DNA of 64,000 nt from Camelus ferus. Lineage: Eukaryota. The stretch is taken from positions 101,682,001 to 101,746,000 of the forward strand of contig NC_045697.1 of the NCBI RefSeq assembly GCF_009834535.1. Reading direction: 5' to 3'. Positions 1 to 12,699 of this stretch are shown here, piece by piece; the stretch's first letter is position 1; every line of letters begins with the position of its first letter. The notes beneath the pieces were generated by a model, which did not search any database, had not been told where the DNA came from, and worked only from the letters and a program-made list of their open reading frames with translations. Position numbers and translations under genes: made by a program.

Positions 1-585
1 TGATCGTATTTTAGCTCATAATGTACCTGGAGTAACTATTCTTACATTGCAAATGTAAATGAGAAGGATGTTTACTTTTACCATACTCCCACCTTATACT
101 CCCCCATATGCTATACTTCCCTACACATAGCACTTACCATGCTTTACTGTCATTCTCTGTAATCCAAAGAAATGCAAATACAGGTATTGTACCAGAACCA
201 GATAAGTAACATTAAAGTATGAAATAGGCCAGGTGTGACGGAAATAATACAAAATGGGGTACACAGGCACTTTCTAAAAGAGAAAGCTGATCCTCGGCGA
301 AAGCTCTTATCACAGGGAAATTTGGGTTCGGTGTTGCTGATCTGATTTTTCAAAAGAAGCCTGAAATCAGTTTTTATGTGAATTTTTTAAATTTTCAAAA
401 CATTGCAACAAGTCAAACTGAAGGTTGGATCTAGCCCTTAAGATGCCATCTAACAGTGAAAATTGGTTTTATTCTCTACAAATTAAGATTAAATCTATTT
501 TGTGGCCTTTCATAATATTGCCAATTTTGATTTAAGGTTTTCAAGTTGTATGTATTTTTTTTTAGCTATAAAGAGAAATGGCTTC

Positions 586-729
586 TTTTTGCTGTTTGTT
601 TTTGTGTGTGTGTGTGTTTGGAGGGGGATGATTAGGTTTGTTTGTTTCAATGGAGTTATTGGGGATTGAACCCATGACGTCATACACGCTAAGCACGCAC
701 TCAACCACTGAGCTATACCCTCCGACCTT
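586..729 (-). mobile_element. tRNA-Ala-derived SINE (camelid Vic-1-like)
   Basis: The reverse strand reads GGAGGGTATAGCTCAGTGGTTGAGTGCGTGCTTAGCG...GGGTTCAATCCCCA (A and B boxes), then an A/CA-rich tail. Target-site duplication (TSD) gagaaatgg(c/t)ttc at 573-585 and 730-742. Confidence 0.85.
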
Positions 730-1288
730 GAGAAATGGTTTCATTTATTCAACAAATTTGAGCTCCATTTCAGTGCCAATCAAAGAATAAAGATTTTAAG
801 AAAACAAGATTGCTGTCTTAAGCTCACAATTTAATGGAAGAAACAAAATTTATTACAACTACATTTAATTTCTTACTATTTAAAGAACATTTAGAACTAT
901 CAGTATATCAGGGTTATGTGTCCTTAAAATTCACAATGTAGCCAATACACGGTGGATAAGATTACCATAGTTAATCATAAATATAACTCATTCTACAGCG
1001 CTTACGCGTGAGAGGTTTGGGGCATATGCAAGTCCAATCAAAGTGAAGCAAAACTGGAATGTAACTCAAGTGTAGCCAGAAGTATTATGTTATACACCAG
1101 CAGAGCTTAGTTCAGATACCAGTACTGCTGCTTATTAATTGTGTGACTGTTGATAAATTTCCTAACTTTTCTTATCAATCTGAGGACAGAAACCCTGTAT
1201 TACTAATATTCTTAGCACTTAACACAGTACCTGTTATATAATAGACACTCAAATATTTTTGAACAACTGGCTTCTATTCCTGTTACTT

Positions 1289-1420
1289 TTTTTTTTTTTT
1301 TTGGCTGAGGGGAGGGAGGTAATTAGGTTTATGTATTTTAGAGGATGTACTGGCGATTGAACCCAGGACCTTGTTCATTCTAGGCATGGGCTCTACCACT
1401 TGAGCTATTCCCTCGCCCTC
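1289..1420 (-). mobile_element. tRNA-Ala-derived SINE
   Basis: Reverse-strand tRNA-like head, aaacctaattacctccc tail and poly(A). tgttactt occurs on both flanks. Confidence 0.85.
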
Positions 1421-2544
1421 ATGTTACTTCTGACTTAAAGTATCTTTAGATTGGTCAGAAGATTGAGTATATGTGGGGTAAGGTAAAGAATAGAGGCTTA
1501 TGAGAGGGGAAGCCAGAAATGGGGAGGAGGAAAAGGCTTTTTGGGTGATGGGGGAAAATTAAAAAGCCATGGCCAAGTGGAATTTTCTACTCTGCCCCCT
1601 CACTCTTTACTAATACTCCCCTTAGGCCTGAGCCAGAGGGAGTCCTGGCCTTGGGCCCTGTGCGCTAGGAAGCCCAGTCTGCTGCTGCTCTGGAACTTCG
1701 CTCCCTACGGGCCAGAGTCCAGAGAGCCAAAGAGGTGTGTTCACATATACTCCTCCTCTAAACCACATCTTTTTTCCTGTGAATATTTACACTAAAAAAA
1801 TGTATAGTATGTACTCACATGTTACAAACAAACAAAAAAACAGTTTTAAAAAGATTTATGGATTTTTTTCTTTTTTAATTTAAGAATATCTCAGCTCTCT
1901 ATATTAGATTCCCATGGAGTTATTCATATTGATCTATCTCATTCTTTAAAACTCTACGTCATATTCCATAATAACAATACTATAGTATATTTAGCCATTT
2001 CCTTATGGGGGGCTTTTAGATAATTTGTATTTTTTTTCTGTATAATACGGAGTGCTACAGTGAATATACCCTTTGTACACAAATGCAAATATCTCTACTT
2101 TCTACTCCATGTATGTAATGTGGCCACAGACTTATGAAAACCAGACTAACAACAGATGGAAGATGTGGAACAGTTGTCAGGGACTACTGTAATGACTTAT
2201 AACCATCACTATTGGAAGAAGATGGCCAGAAAGACAAGCAGGGAAAGACAATGTATGTAAGGAACAGAGGGAACACACAGATAACCTGCAGTTAAAATGT
2301 GTTTGGACTTTGGAACCACTCTTAGTATCTAATGGAAAATTTTAATCTTAAGAGCAAAAACCTTAATAAAGATAACCCTCCAGTGTTAATGTAGATTGTT
2401 TATAACTATCAGTAGGAAAGTCAGTCCTTTTAACATGTTAGTTGCTCTTTTGGTCATGTGTTTATGTACTCAGTATTTATATTTGATGTTTCATACGATC
2501 AAGGTATTACCTCTTGGTGGAAGAGAGACATTCACTGTGAGTAT

Positions 2545-2745
2545 TTCCAGTGTCATATATTAATGTGTTTAACCTTTACATCGGCCCTGTAAAATAAGCA
2601 TGTTTATCTGTAATCTACAGATGATGAACTGAGGTGCAAAGAAGTTAAATAACTTATATAAGTATTTAGGATCCCCCAGCTATTAAATGGTGAATTGAGA
2701 TTTTTAAACCAGATCACTCTGACTTTAAAAACTTGAGTTCTTTTT
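2545..2745 (-). mobile_element. MIR fragment
   Basis: The segment ctacagatgatgaactgaggtgcaaagaagttaaataactt resembles the MIR core. Confidence 0.6.
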
Positions 2746-3511
2746 ACTAGTTTTTTAAATTATATATTTGCCAAAATTGGATTTCTGGATCAAAGAATAA
2801 GAACATTTGGCCCAAGTGCTCTCCAGAAGAGTTGTACCAGTCTTCTTCATTGTGGTTGAGGTCTAACCTTTGGGACAGTCTCCATCACACCCCATATTAT
2901 TTTATCTTTATTTCCATTAAACTGGGTTGGTACTCAAAAAGAAACACACTCATTAATACAAAATGAGACCGTTTTGATATTTACACATTCAGTGCCCTTT
3001 TATCTATTTAAAATTTCTTTTGTCTTTGTATAGTAGGATTTTGAAAGAGATGAAGAGACCTGTTTCACAATTCAAAATACAGTCTTTTTAAACAGTGCAT
3101 TTCATATTTAGACTGCAGTTGCTAGCAAGGAGAAATTGTGGTTCATATCCATGTGTCTTAGTTAAGATAGTTGTATTTAAACTGTTCTTATTAGAGTAAA
3201 TTTGCCTAATAAATTCTTGATACCACTATATAGCATAAATGTTAAACTTTGTGTTTATGCAAAATGATAGCTTATCAGAGAAATCTTTATGCAAATATGT
3301 TGTATAAGAAACTGTCAGCTTACAAGATTAGAAACTCTGAGTGTAAGCACCTATTATTCTCATTTCTACGTCTTCAGTAGTGCTTTTCACAAGCAAGCTC
3401 AGTAAATATTGAGTCACAAAGTGAGTATCTACTGTAATTCTTTTTATTCCTAATTAAATAATGTTGAAGATGTTTTCAATGCTGATAGTTTCATTTTCCT
3501 TCAATTTTCAG

Positions 3512-3641
3512 AATGATTGACTGGCTGTCCTGGCCATTGGCTCAGCACGTAGACACATGGGTGATTGCACTCCTGAAAGGACTGGCAGCTGTCCAGAAGT
3601 TTACTATTTTGATAGATGTTACTTTACTGAAAATAGAACTG
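3512..3641 (+). CDS. USP38: USP38 internal coding exon (130 nt), N-terminal helical region
   Basis: Borders are ttttcag|A ATG ATT GAC ... GAA CTG|gtaagt. Encodes MIDWLSWPLAQHVDTWVIALLKGLAAVQKFTILIDVTLLKIEL, and the phase matches the next exon. Confidence 0.95.
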
Positions 3642-3869
3642 GTAAGTGGGAATATATAAATTTATTTAGAATGTGTAGGTTAATATAGTCAATCTTTTTA
3701 TCTTTATCTTTCAATTGTCCCCTTTAAAGCTTCTAATTTTGAATATGTTCTTGTTTTTGTTCTTTTGAATAATAATTCTGAATGAGCTTTAGAAATTTAG
3801 AACGCTGCTTAAGATTAGGTAATTAATTTTGCTGTTTTCAAATATTTAATATGAAAACACATTCCTCCC

Positions 3870-5528
3870 ATTATCTCTTGAATCTCAGCGAATCAAGCTT
3901 TTACCACCATTATTCTGTCAAAACTGTCTTTGACACCAATGCTTTCCAGTGTTGCATAACTCGGGAGCTATTTCTCAGGCCTCCTCTCACTTAACCTTTC
4001 AGTCACTTGACATAGTTGATCACTCCCTACTGAAACACCTACCTCACTTAGTTTCCAGGACATTATACTTTCCTAGTTTTTGTCCTGGTTCACTGGCTTC
4101 TCAGGCTTCTGTAGTGGGTCTTCCTACCTTTAGAGTGCCTTAAACTTTTATCTCTGGTTCACTTTCTTCTCAGTCCATACTCACAGCCATCCATGGCTTT
4201 AAATAACAGCTCTAAGATAATGACTGCAAAGTTTATGTTTCTCATCCATTATTATTCCATGGACTCCATATTCATGTATATAACTTTCTATACTTTTTAA
4301 CATTTTTTTATTGAGTTATAGTCATTTTACAATGTGTCAAATTCCAGTGTAGAGCACAATTTTTCAGTTATACATGAACATACATATATTCATTGTCACA
4401 TTTTTTTTCACTGTGAGCTACCACAAGATCTTGTATATATTTCCCTGTGCTATACAGTATAATCTTGTTTATCTAGTCTACATTTTGAAATCCCAGTCTG
4501 TCCCTTCCCACCCCTCACCCCCTTGGCAACCACAAGTTTGTATTCTATGTCTATGAGTCTGTTTCTGTTTTGTATTTATTTTATTTTATTTTTTTAGATT
4601 CCACATATGAGCAATCTCATATGGTATTTTTCTTTCTCTTTCTGGCTTAATTCACTTAGAATGACATTCTCCAGGAGCATCCATGTTGCTGCAAATGGCG
4701 TTATATTGTCAGTTTTTATGGCTGAATAGTATTCCTACAACTTTCTATACTTGGGTTTCAAATTCAACTTATCCATAATCTTAACCCCTGATTTTTCTCT
4801 CCAAGACCTGGTCTTCCCCATCGTAAATGAATATTCCATCCTTCCTCTTGCTCAGGCCAAAAACCTTGAAGTTTCCTTGTTTCTTTTCATTCTCTCCCAG
4901 CCCATATCTTACACATCTTATTGACTCCGCCTTTAAAATATATCCCGAATCTTACCACTTTTAACCAGCTACATCACTGCCGCCCTGGTCTAAAGTCATC
5001 ATCATCCCTTGCTGTATTGATTGCTGTAGCCTTCCTGCTCTTGGTCCCCTCAGGTGTCCCTCGAGGTCCTGTATGATCTGGCCCACTGCTACTTCTCTCA
5101 TCCATTCTCCCACTATGATTGCCTCAGTCTCTGCGCTTTACTTACCCTGCCCTTGCTGTTATCTCTCTAGTCCACCAGGCTGGAGGCCTCGGCTTCTGCA
5201 GTGCTGGGCCTTTTCCTGCTTATCAGCCATCTGTCAGACTTATTCTCATTCCTTTCAGTTTTTTAATAGCCAAATACCACCTTTTTCATGAGGCATTTTT
5301 TAGATTCCCTGTATGAAATAGCAGACGTTTTTGCCAGTCAGCATTCCCTATGCAACATGCCCTGCTTTCACAGCAGCTCTCTCCCATGTTACTTTTTATT
5401 ATCTTTACCCACCCTCTAGACCGTAAGCCCTGTAAGATCAGAGATTTCTTTTTTTATCTACTGTTGCCTGCCCAGAACAGTGCTGAGCAATAGTGGTGCT
5501 CGATAAATATCTGAATGAATTGACTGAA
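3870..5528 (+). mobile_element. L2 LINE 3' portion, interrupted by a young L1
   Basis: L2-like motifs gacatagttgatcactccct and ttgctcaggccaaaaaccttg, with 3' end gtgctcgataaatatctgaatgaat. Confidence 0.75.
4296..4735 (-). mobile_element. Young 5'-truncated L1 (ORF2 end plus 3'UTR)
   Basis: TSD ta(t/c)aactttctatactt at 4279-4295 and 4736-4752. Very similar to the L1 at 61275-61992. Confidence 0.9.
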
Positions 5529-5804
5529 TAATGGGCTGGGGAGCTTATTACCTTGTAAACATTGTTTGAGTTTCTTATTTGATCAGGGGGTTTTAAGAGT
5601 TGGTTAAGTCACTATATTCCCTTGATCTCTGTCATTATTTCCCAACTGTCTCCCTCTCCCAGAGTTTAATAACATTTGTTATGATAGAACTTTCCAGGAA
5701 GGGGGATATTCACATAAATAATTTTTGGCCCTAGGAAAATAACCACCAGTTGGGTAAATGATTCCCTGCTGACTCTTAAAGTGGATGTCTTGTCTTTCCT
5801 GAAG

Positions 5805-5906
5805 GTTTTCAATCGTCTTTGGTTTCCTCTTGTGAGACCCGGTGCTCTTGCGGTTCTTTCTCACATGCTGCTGAGCTTCCAGCATTCGCCAGAGGCGTTC
5901 CATTTG
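5805..5906 (+). CDS. USP38: USP38 coding exon (102 nt)
   Basis: Borders are tttcctgaag|GTT TTC ... CAT TTG|gtaagt. Encodes VFNRLWFPLVRPGALAVLSHMLLSFQHSPEAFHL, phase 0/0. Confidence 0.95.
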
Positions 5907-8900
5907 GTAAGTTGTGACACACACTTTCTATGCTGAAAAACCTTGTCTTAAAATTTCAGTTTACTATTGAGTCACATTTGTTGATTGTGAAAAGACTGTA
6001 GGTTAGTCCTAAATCTGACTGTTTTCATGTAGCTTTATAGTTGCTGTCAAAATTGAGATTTTGAGATTTCCTTCCAAAGTATATTTTCAGAATGTTCTAG
6101 GTCTCACCAAAACTGCTCCACTTACAATCAGAATCAGCAATGGAAAGTTGAAAGCCACTCTTCTTAATGAGAGACGTCCCATGTCAGTGTCACAGATGGC
6201 GTCTTTTGCACTTGTGAATAGTGTAGAAATAAAATGGTTGAAAACCACTGGCTACTTTAGAACTTTAAAAACATCAGTCTTTGTTTTGTTGCCCCAGAAT
6301 TAGGGCTTTTCATTCTCTCTCAACCTGTATCCTACAAATCCTGTTGATTCCACCTTTAAAATATGTCTAGAATCCTGCCACTTTTAACCACCTACATCAC
6401 TGGTTTTGATTTGATTTGATATTGATTATTTGATTATCAGATCATTAGGTGAGAAATGACAATGTTATTTTGGGAACCTGTCCATTTGTCTGTCTAGGGT
6501 GTCACAGGAATGCAGTGCTTTATGTGGTTACCCACTTTCTCCAAGGTCTGATCCTCAGTTCTACAGAACAGGAAACTCATTATCAACATACCCACATAGT
6601 TAAAATTTTAGGAATACTGGCCCACCACAAACAAATTCAAAGGAGATTGATGAAGTGCAGAATTCCAAATATTGATTGTTAGCTAGACATATCACTAGCC
6701 TTAGAATATTATTCTCACATAGGCTGCTAAGTGCCTTATTTCCACTGAAGGAAGTCTGCAGGCTCAATAGAAGTAAACCTTAATTACCAGTAATTACATT
6801 ATATAGTATCACTTAGCATGAGTGATTTCTGCATTTAATTGCCCTAGTTGGTGAGCTTGAACATTAATTAATAACCTTATATCTGTTACACAAACAAATC
6901 TCAAACTTGAGCTAATATAGCATGTATACTAACAAAATCTTTCAAGGAAAAAAAAATCAACTCTTTGTCCCTGTCATCAGGCATGATGATGTGTAGGCTA
7001 TTTGAGAAAAGGTTTATTTTCAGAATTTCTGGGAAGGAACTCATCCATTCTTACTTTTATTGCTCTCCACACTGAGGACATTCCTTAGGCTCTCTGATTA
7101 GTCACTTATGCTATACTCTAAACCTGTTTCTTTGCTCAGTTTTTAAAAGATGGAAGATATCTCCTTACCTTGCATTGCTTTTTTTTCCCCCCTGGAAAAA
7201 AAGTAATTGAAATAGCAAATGGTTGACTTGGAAATATTTGGCTACTGAAATAAGCAAATATCAATCATTTATTTAAGGAAGAGTTAGATCTAAAATTGAA
7301 AATTGTGATCTGGCTTAGTAAAGTCTAAAAACATAGACCTAATTGCTGTCTACATACTGTGTATAGCCTGACCTGCTACTCAACTAAAATTAACTTGGGC
7401 ATCCAGTAGTGGGTCATGTGGTAGTTAAATCACCTGTAGCTCTAAATAACTCAGTGAAGGACTTGGGTTTAGGAGCTGCTAAGTATGAGCAATAGTCTGG
7501 AATCACTAGCATCATTATTCATTATATTATATATGTAAGAATATTTTAGAGCAAACCAAAATTTGTAATATAGCATGTGTTATTATGGATCAAGTTTCTT
7601 TTCATATGCTTTTTGTAAGTGGAAAAAAATTTTAAACTGAAGAAAAAATATCAAAGCTTTTAATTAAATAAATTATACACATTTTTGCAAATCGTAACTT
7701 AAGTTTAATGAATATCACAATAATGTCTGTAAATATTTAGATTTGTTCCTTCAGAAAAAATTCCACTTTCAGGCATTTAGAAGTTAATAGCCTGCTTGGA
7801 TGTCTATCAGTGTGCTTATGAAGAACGTAGTCTTATTTCTGCATCAGTGGTAATTTTGACCATTTAAGATGTAATTATAGACAACTACATGTATTATCTG
7901 ATCATAGAGATCCAGTCTACACTAGGAAAGCTTTTAGAAGATTTGGAATTATAAATGAAATAATCATTTAAAAAATTCTTTCCTCTTCCATCTCTGTTTC
8001 TCCCATCACCTCTGAGGAAACAATAATTTTGGATTTCTGATTATTTTAGCAACAGAGTATCTGATAGATATGGCTTTATGGAGAAGAATTATAATTCAGG
8101 TTTGCTTTGAAATGTAGAGATGAGAGCTAGAGTGAACCTTCAGGAACTTGTAGTTTTATGGTCAGATTAATACCTTTGATGGGGGTAGATTAAAGAAAGT
8201 GGTGCAAAAGCTAGAATGTGATATAAGACCTCAAAGCATAAGAGTAAAACCAGACACAGTAGATCGAGAATGGCCATGTTAATTTAAGATTATGATTTTC
8301 TTTTTACAGGAAGGAACGGAATTGACTGGGATAGTACTTTAATTGTTGTTATTGCTGTTTGATAATAAGACCATAGAGCTGTCACTTCACTTTTATCACA
8401 AGTTAGCAACCAGAAAAAAAAGTTCTACACTGCCTTTTATTTGGTTTATTTGGGTACTTTGAGAATAGTCTGAAGAAGGGGAAGGGTGAAAACAGGGAGA
8501 CCAGTTGGGAGGTTTTGCATGAATTGAGGCAAGAGATGATTGTCAGCTGAAATAAAATTACAAGCAGTATATATATATGGTATGATTACATTTGTACAAA
8601 AAATAACATGTGGTATATAATGTGACATTATATGAAGTGTGACATATAGCAAGCAATGTCTTTCAGTGGACAACGAGACAGAGATTTTCACTTCATTCAA
8701 GTTTGTATTGTTAGGTTTTTTGTTTTTGTTTTTATTTTACAATAACCATATAATTCATTTACAACAAAATTAAACTTTTACAGAAAGATTATTTAACTAC
8801 AGGAAGTTAGGCCAATATGTCATGAAATTATCCATAATCTCACTACACTATAGTTTTTATGTTTTCCATTATGATGTTTTTCCCCTAGGTATTTTAACAG

Positions 8901-10017
8901 GACTGTATTTATATTTGTCATCTATGTGCAGTTTTTGTATCCTTCTTTTAAAATTTAACATTACATATTTTCCCATGTTGCTACACACAAAGTTCTACAA
9001 ATATAAAAATAATAAGATGCTTTATACATGTGAAATATAAATATGAAGTATCAGATTATAATTAATAATTAGTTGAAACAAGTATAGCACTGTACCAATG
9101 GAATGAGCCATTTCTGCAAAACAGAGTTTGTTTTGTTAATAACCTCAAATAGGATTGGCTCTATATTGACTTTTTAGTCTAATTTTATAATGAAAGGACG
9201 TTGTTATACTTATTATCGGTTTTAATAGTTTTCTACATATTTATGAGCTGTGAGCATTTCATTTAGCCTCATTTTGCTTTCATTTTTAACCCAATTCCTT
9301 AAAAATAATAGAAGTTTCTGATTCACTTTATTTTTAGAACCATCTTTTTTTTTTTGGAAGTGTAGAATGGGGGTCATTAGTAAGGATAACCATGATAAGA
9401 CACCGTCCCTAAAATAGAGGTAGTCCCTTAGCTAAAAATAGAGATAGTGCTGTAGCCTGAGCTGTAATTTTAGTTACGTGTGTGAGATATTTTGAAGATT
9501 TTCTTGAAGTAGACGTTAATGTGCAAAGTATGTATGACTCTTTAAAGTGAAAAATCTAAAATTCACACTAGATGGAGCTCTTAAGCTAATTCTAGGTTTA
9601 GCTTTTAAAAGTTTGTCCCTTTTGAACAACCTGGTAAATATAACAGCCCTAGCATCATTAGAACGGCAGTAGTAATGAAGGCTCCTATTTTCTGCTTTAG
9701 TTAGTTTGTACCTAGCTTTAGATGGAGTGTAAGGATGAGGAGAGGGGTCTTAGGTAGAATTACAATTACATTTGACTTAAAAACTAGATGTACCTTGATA
9801 TTCTAGAAATTTTTAACTTCATAACTTTTTAGAAAAAGGCAGTGACTCAACACACCAAAAAGCACTTGCTGATCATGTAACATTTGCATTCCATTTGTAG
9901 GCTAAAAAACACTATTTTTTAAAAATATGTTTATAAAGAATCTTATTTATATATTCTTTTCCGGAACTTGTTGCCATTTTTGTAAACTGAGGAATGTTTG
10001 TCTTTTTTTCTGTTCAG

Positions 10018-10176
10018 ATTGTTCCTCATGTAGTTAACTTGGTTCACTCCTTCAAAAGTGATGGTCTGCCCTCCAGTACAGCCTTCTTAGTGCAGTTAAC
10101 GGAATTGATACACTGTATGATGTATCACTATTCTGGATTTCCAGATCTCTACGAACCTATCCTGGAAGCAGTAAAG
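10018..10176 (+). CDS. USP38: USP38 coding exon (159 nt)
   Basis: Borders are ttctgttcag|ATT GTT ... GTA AAG|gtacga. Encodes IVPHVVNLVHSFKSDGLPSSTAFLVQLTELIHCMMYHYSGFPDLYEPILEAVK, inside track ORF 9994..10185. Confidence 0.95.
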
Positions 10177-11349
10177 GTACGATGATAGTTGCACCGGGGT
10201 CTGCGGAGCTGCAGCCCGTGATGTGATAGATGACCGCCGTGAAACATTCCTATGACCAGCTCTTCAATTGACTGTTTTATGGAAATATGTTTTTTGTTTG
10301 AAAAATGCAATTGGAATCAGGGTTCTTTAATTTTTAGGGAGTAATCTCTTTCTTACTTTCTGTAACTAATTTAAATTAATAACCATATTTCTTCAGTTCT
10401 ACAAAGCCAATAATTATAAGGCATATCTTTAAATTAAAACAGTTTAAAAAATGCTACATTAAGTGAATACATACATCAGAGTTGTTTCCCAATATCAGAA
10501 GTGTTAAAATATGTAAGATACTTCTTAGAATTAAGGAAAGGCAGTTTAATAAAATATTTGACTTCTCTGTTTTTTATTTCATTTTTGCTATGGATTATTC
10601 ATGAGTGTCCATATTTTGTAGAATCTTTACTTGAATTATTTGCAAACTTATTTGTTTTTCAGCTTTGTATAGATATTGGATCTAAATCATTTACACTTAA
10701 AGTTTTATCTCATATGTCACGAAGCGGGGAAGAAACCGTATCTTGTAATAATTTTCTGTATGGTTAAGCATGAGATTGAGTTTTATTTTTTAAAGTCAGA
10801 GGTCATTGTGCATAGATAACTTTCATTTTTCATCCCCTTATTACTTTGAGCTTTTATTTCTAAGGCGTAAGAGCAGGTAAACAGTAGTAAATGAAAAGGG
10901 GATATTTCTTATCCTCATTACAAAATTTGAAAGCAAATTGTTTACCTTGTTCAATTGTGTGCTAATTTTAAGTCTTCATTCTGCTGCCTTTGAATAGCAC
11001 TACATATCTCAGAGTTCTGATCTATTGATCTCAGAGTTCTATTTTGAAAACATTTTGATGACAAATATGAAACATAAATAGTTCAAAGGAGACTTGAATT
11101 CCTGGTTCTTGAGTATTCCTCAGCTTGATAAACTCTACTATTAAGAGATATTTAATGCATTTTAAGAGATAATTATTTTTGCCATGTAGTATGGTTCAGT
11201 TTTTGATAACTGGTCAAGTATTACGAGTGATTTCAAAACTTAGTGGGAGAAAATAAAAGTTAAATATCAGTGGAAGAGTCTACTTTATGGTGTTAATAAC
11301 AAAAAATAGTTTATATTTTTACACTATTTTTCCTCTTTATGATCTATAG

Positions 11350-11543
11350 GATTTTCCTAAGCCCAGTGAAGAGAAGATTAAATTGATTCTCAATCAAAGT
11401 GCCTGGACTTCTCAATCCAATTCTTTGGCATCTTGTTTGTCTAGACTTTCTGGAAAATCTGAAACTGGGAAAACTGGTCTTATTAATCTAGGGAATACCT
11501 GTTATATGAACAGTGTTATACAGGCATTGTTTATGGCCACGGA
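11350..11543 (+). CDS. USP38: USP38 coding exon (194 nt) with the USP catalytic Cys box
   Basis: Borders are tctatag|GAT TTT ... ACG GA|gtaagt. Encodes DFPKPSEEKIKLILNQSAW...GKTGLINLGNTCYMNSVIQALFMAT, the canonical GLxNLGNTCYMN Cys box of peptidase family C19. Confidence 0.97.
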
Positions 11544-12699
11544 GTAAGTTTAAATTTGAACTTTCTTTTTCATTTTAACTGTAGAAATTGATGTATGCTG
11601 ATGAAAAGTAAGATGCTTGAATTGCCTTCACGTTATTTCTTATATGTGACAGCAATATTAGTATTTTCATATAATTGTCTTATTCAGAAATAAAATTTCT
11701 TTTAGTGCTCAGGAACTTTTAACATGTTAACATATAAATTCTACTTTATATTTATATTATATATTGCATTTAGAATCTTTTGAATTACTCTGACAATACT
11801 TATTAATGTAACAGAGGGATTGAGTATTATTTATTTGACAGAGTTTAAGGGTTCTCAAGTACTAATTTATTATCCTATTAAACAGTAGGGTTTTTTTTAA
11901 CCTATATATCTCTGGAGGTGGTCATGTTTAGTTTTTTTCTGCTTGTAGTTATTTTGCTGTTTATCAAATCAATAACTTCTTTGTTGCTGTTGAAGAAGTT
12001 TAAGCTCTGCTTTTCACCCCAAATTGATAGATACTGAACAAATGTGTAAACAGACATGTTTCTTTGCTTCTTACAGATTTACTTTCAAATTCACTTTCTT
12101 TTGCAGCCAAGCAAATAGAAAGTCAGAGGGTGTTAGCTATGTGAATACAGTCTGTAAAGGTACAAAATAATGATGAACTTTTCCTGAAGGCAAAAACCTC
12201 GTTGAATTTTTCTCTTCAGTACCAATAGAGTATTCATGAAATTTGACCAAAGATGTTTATTGAGTTCCAAGCCTTTGTAAGTTTTTATGCCTACCTAAAG
12301 GAATCATAACCTAAAAGATGAAGAGTTTAGTTTTATTTCCTGGCGTCAGAATATACTAGCAACACTAAAAGGTTTTTCTTTTGGCTTACTAATTTTCTTT
12401 TGTCTTTTGATTTATTTGTATTTGAGATTTTTTGTTTGTTTTTCAAGCAAATGTACCTAGCATAAAGCTAAAGTGATCCGTGTTTTACCTCCCGAGATAG
12501 TCTAATGCAGCAGTCTCATTTTACAGATGCTCTAGAATAAGCAGAAACCAGCAGTTAAAACTGGCAACAGCAATTCAAAGAGCACATCTTACTGTACAGT
12601 GACCAATATAGTGTCTCAGGATAGGCAGACAGCATATTTTGTTTCTTTGGGAATAAGTAAATTCTTTGTGGTTAAAAAAAAAAAATCTGGAAGTACGTA

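Noticed and set aside
10177..10262. Intronic C/D-box snoRNA
   Set aside because: There is no intact RTGATGA/CTGA pair with a terminal stem, and the sequence abuts the splice donor.
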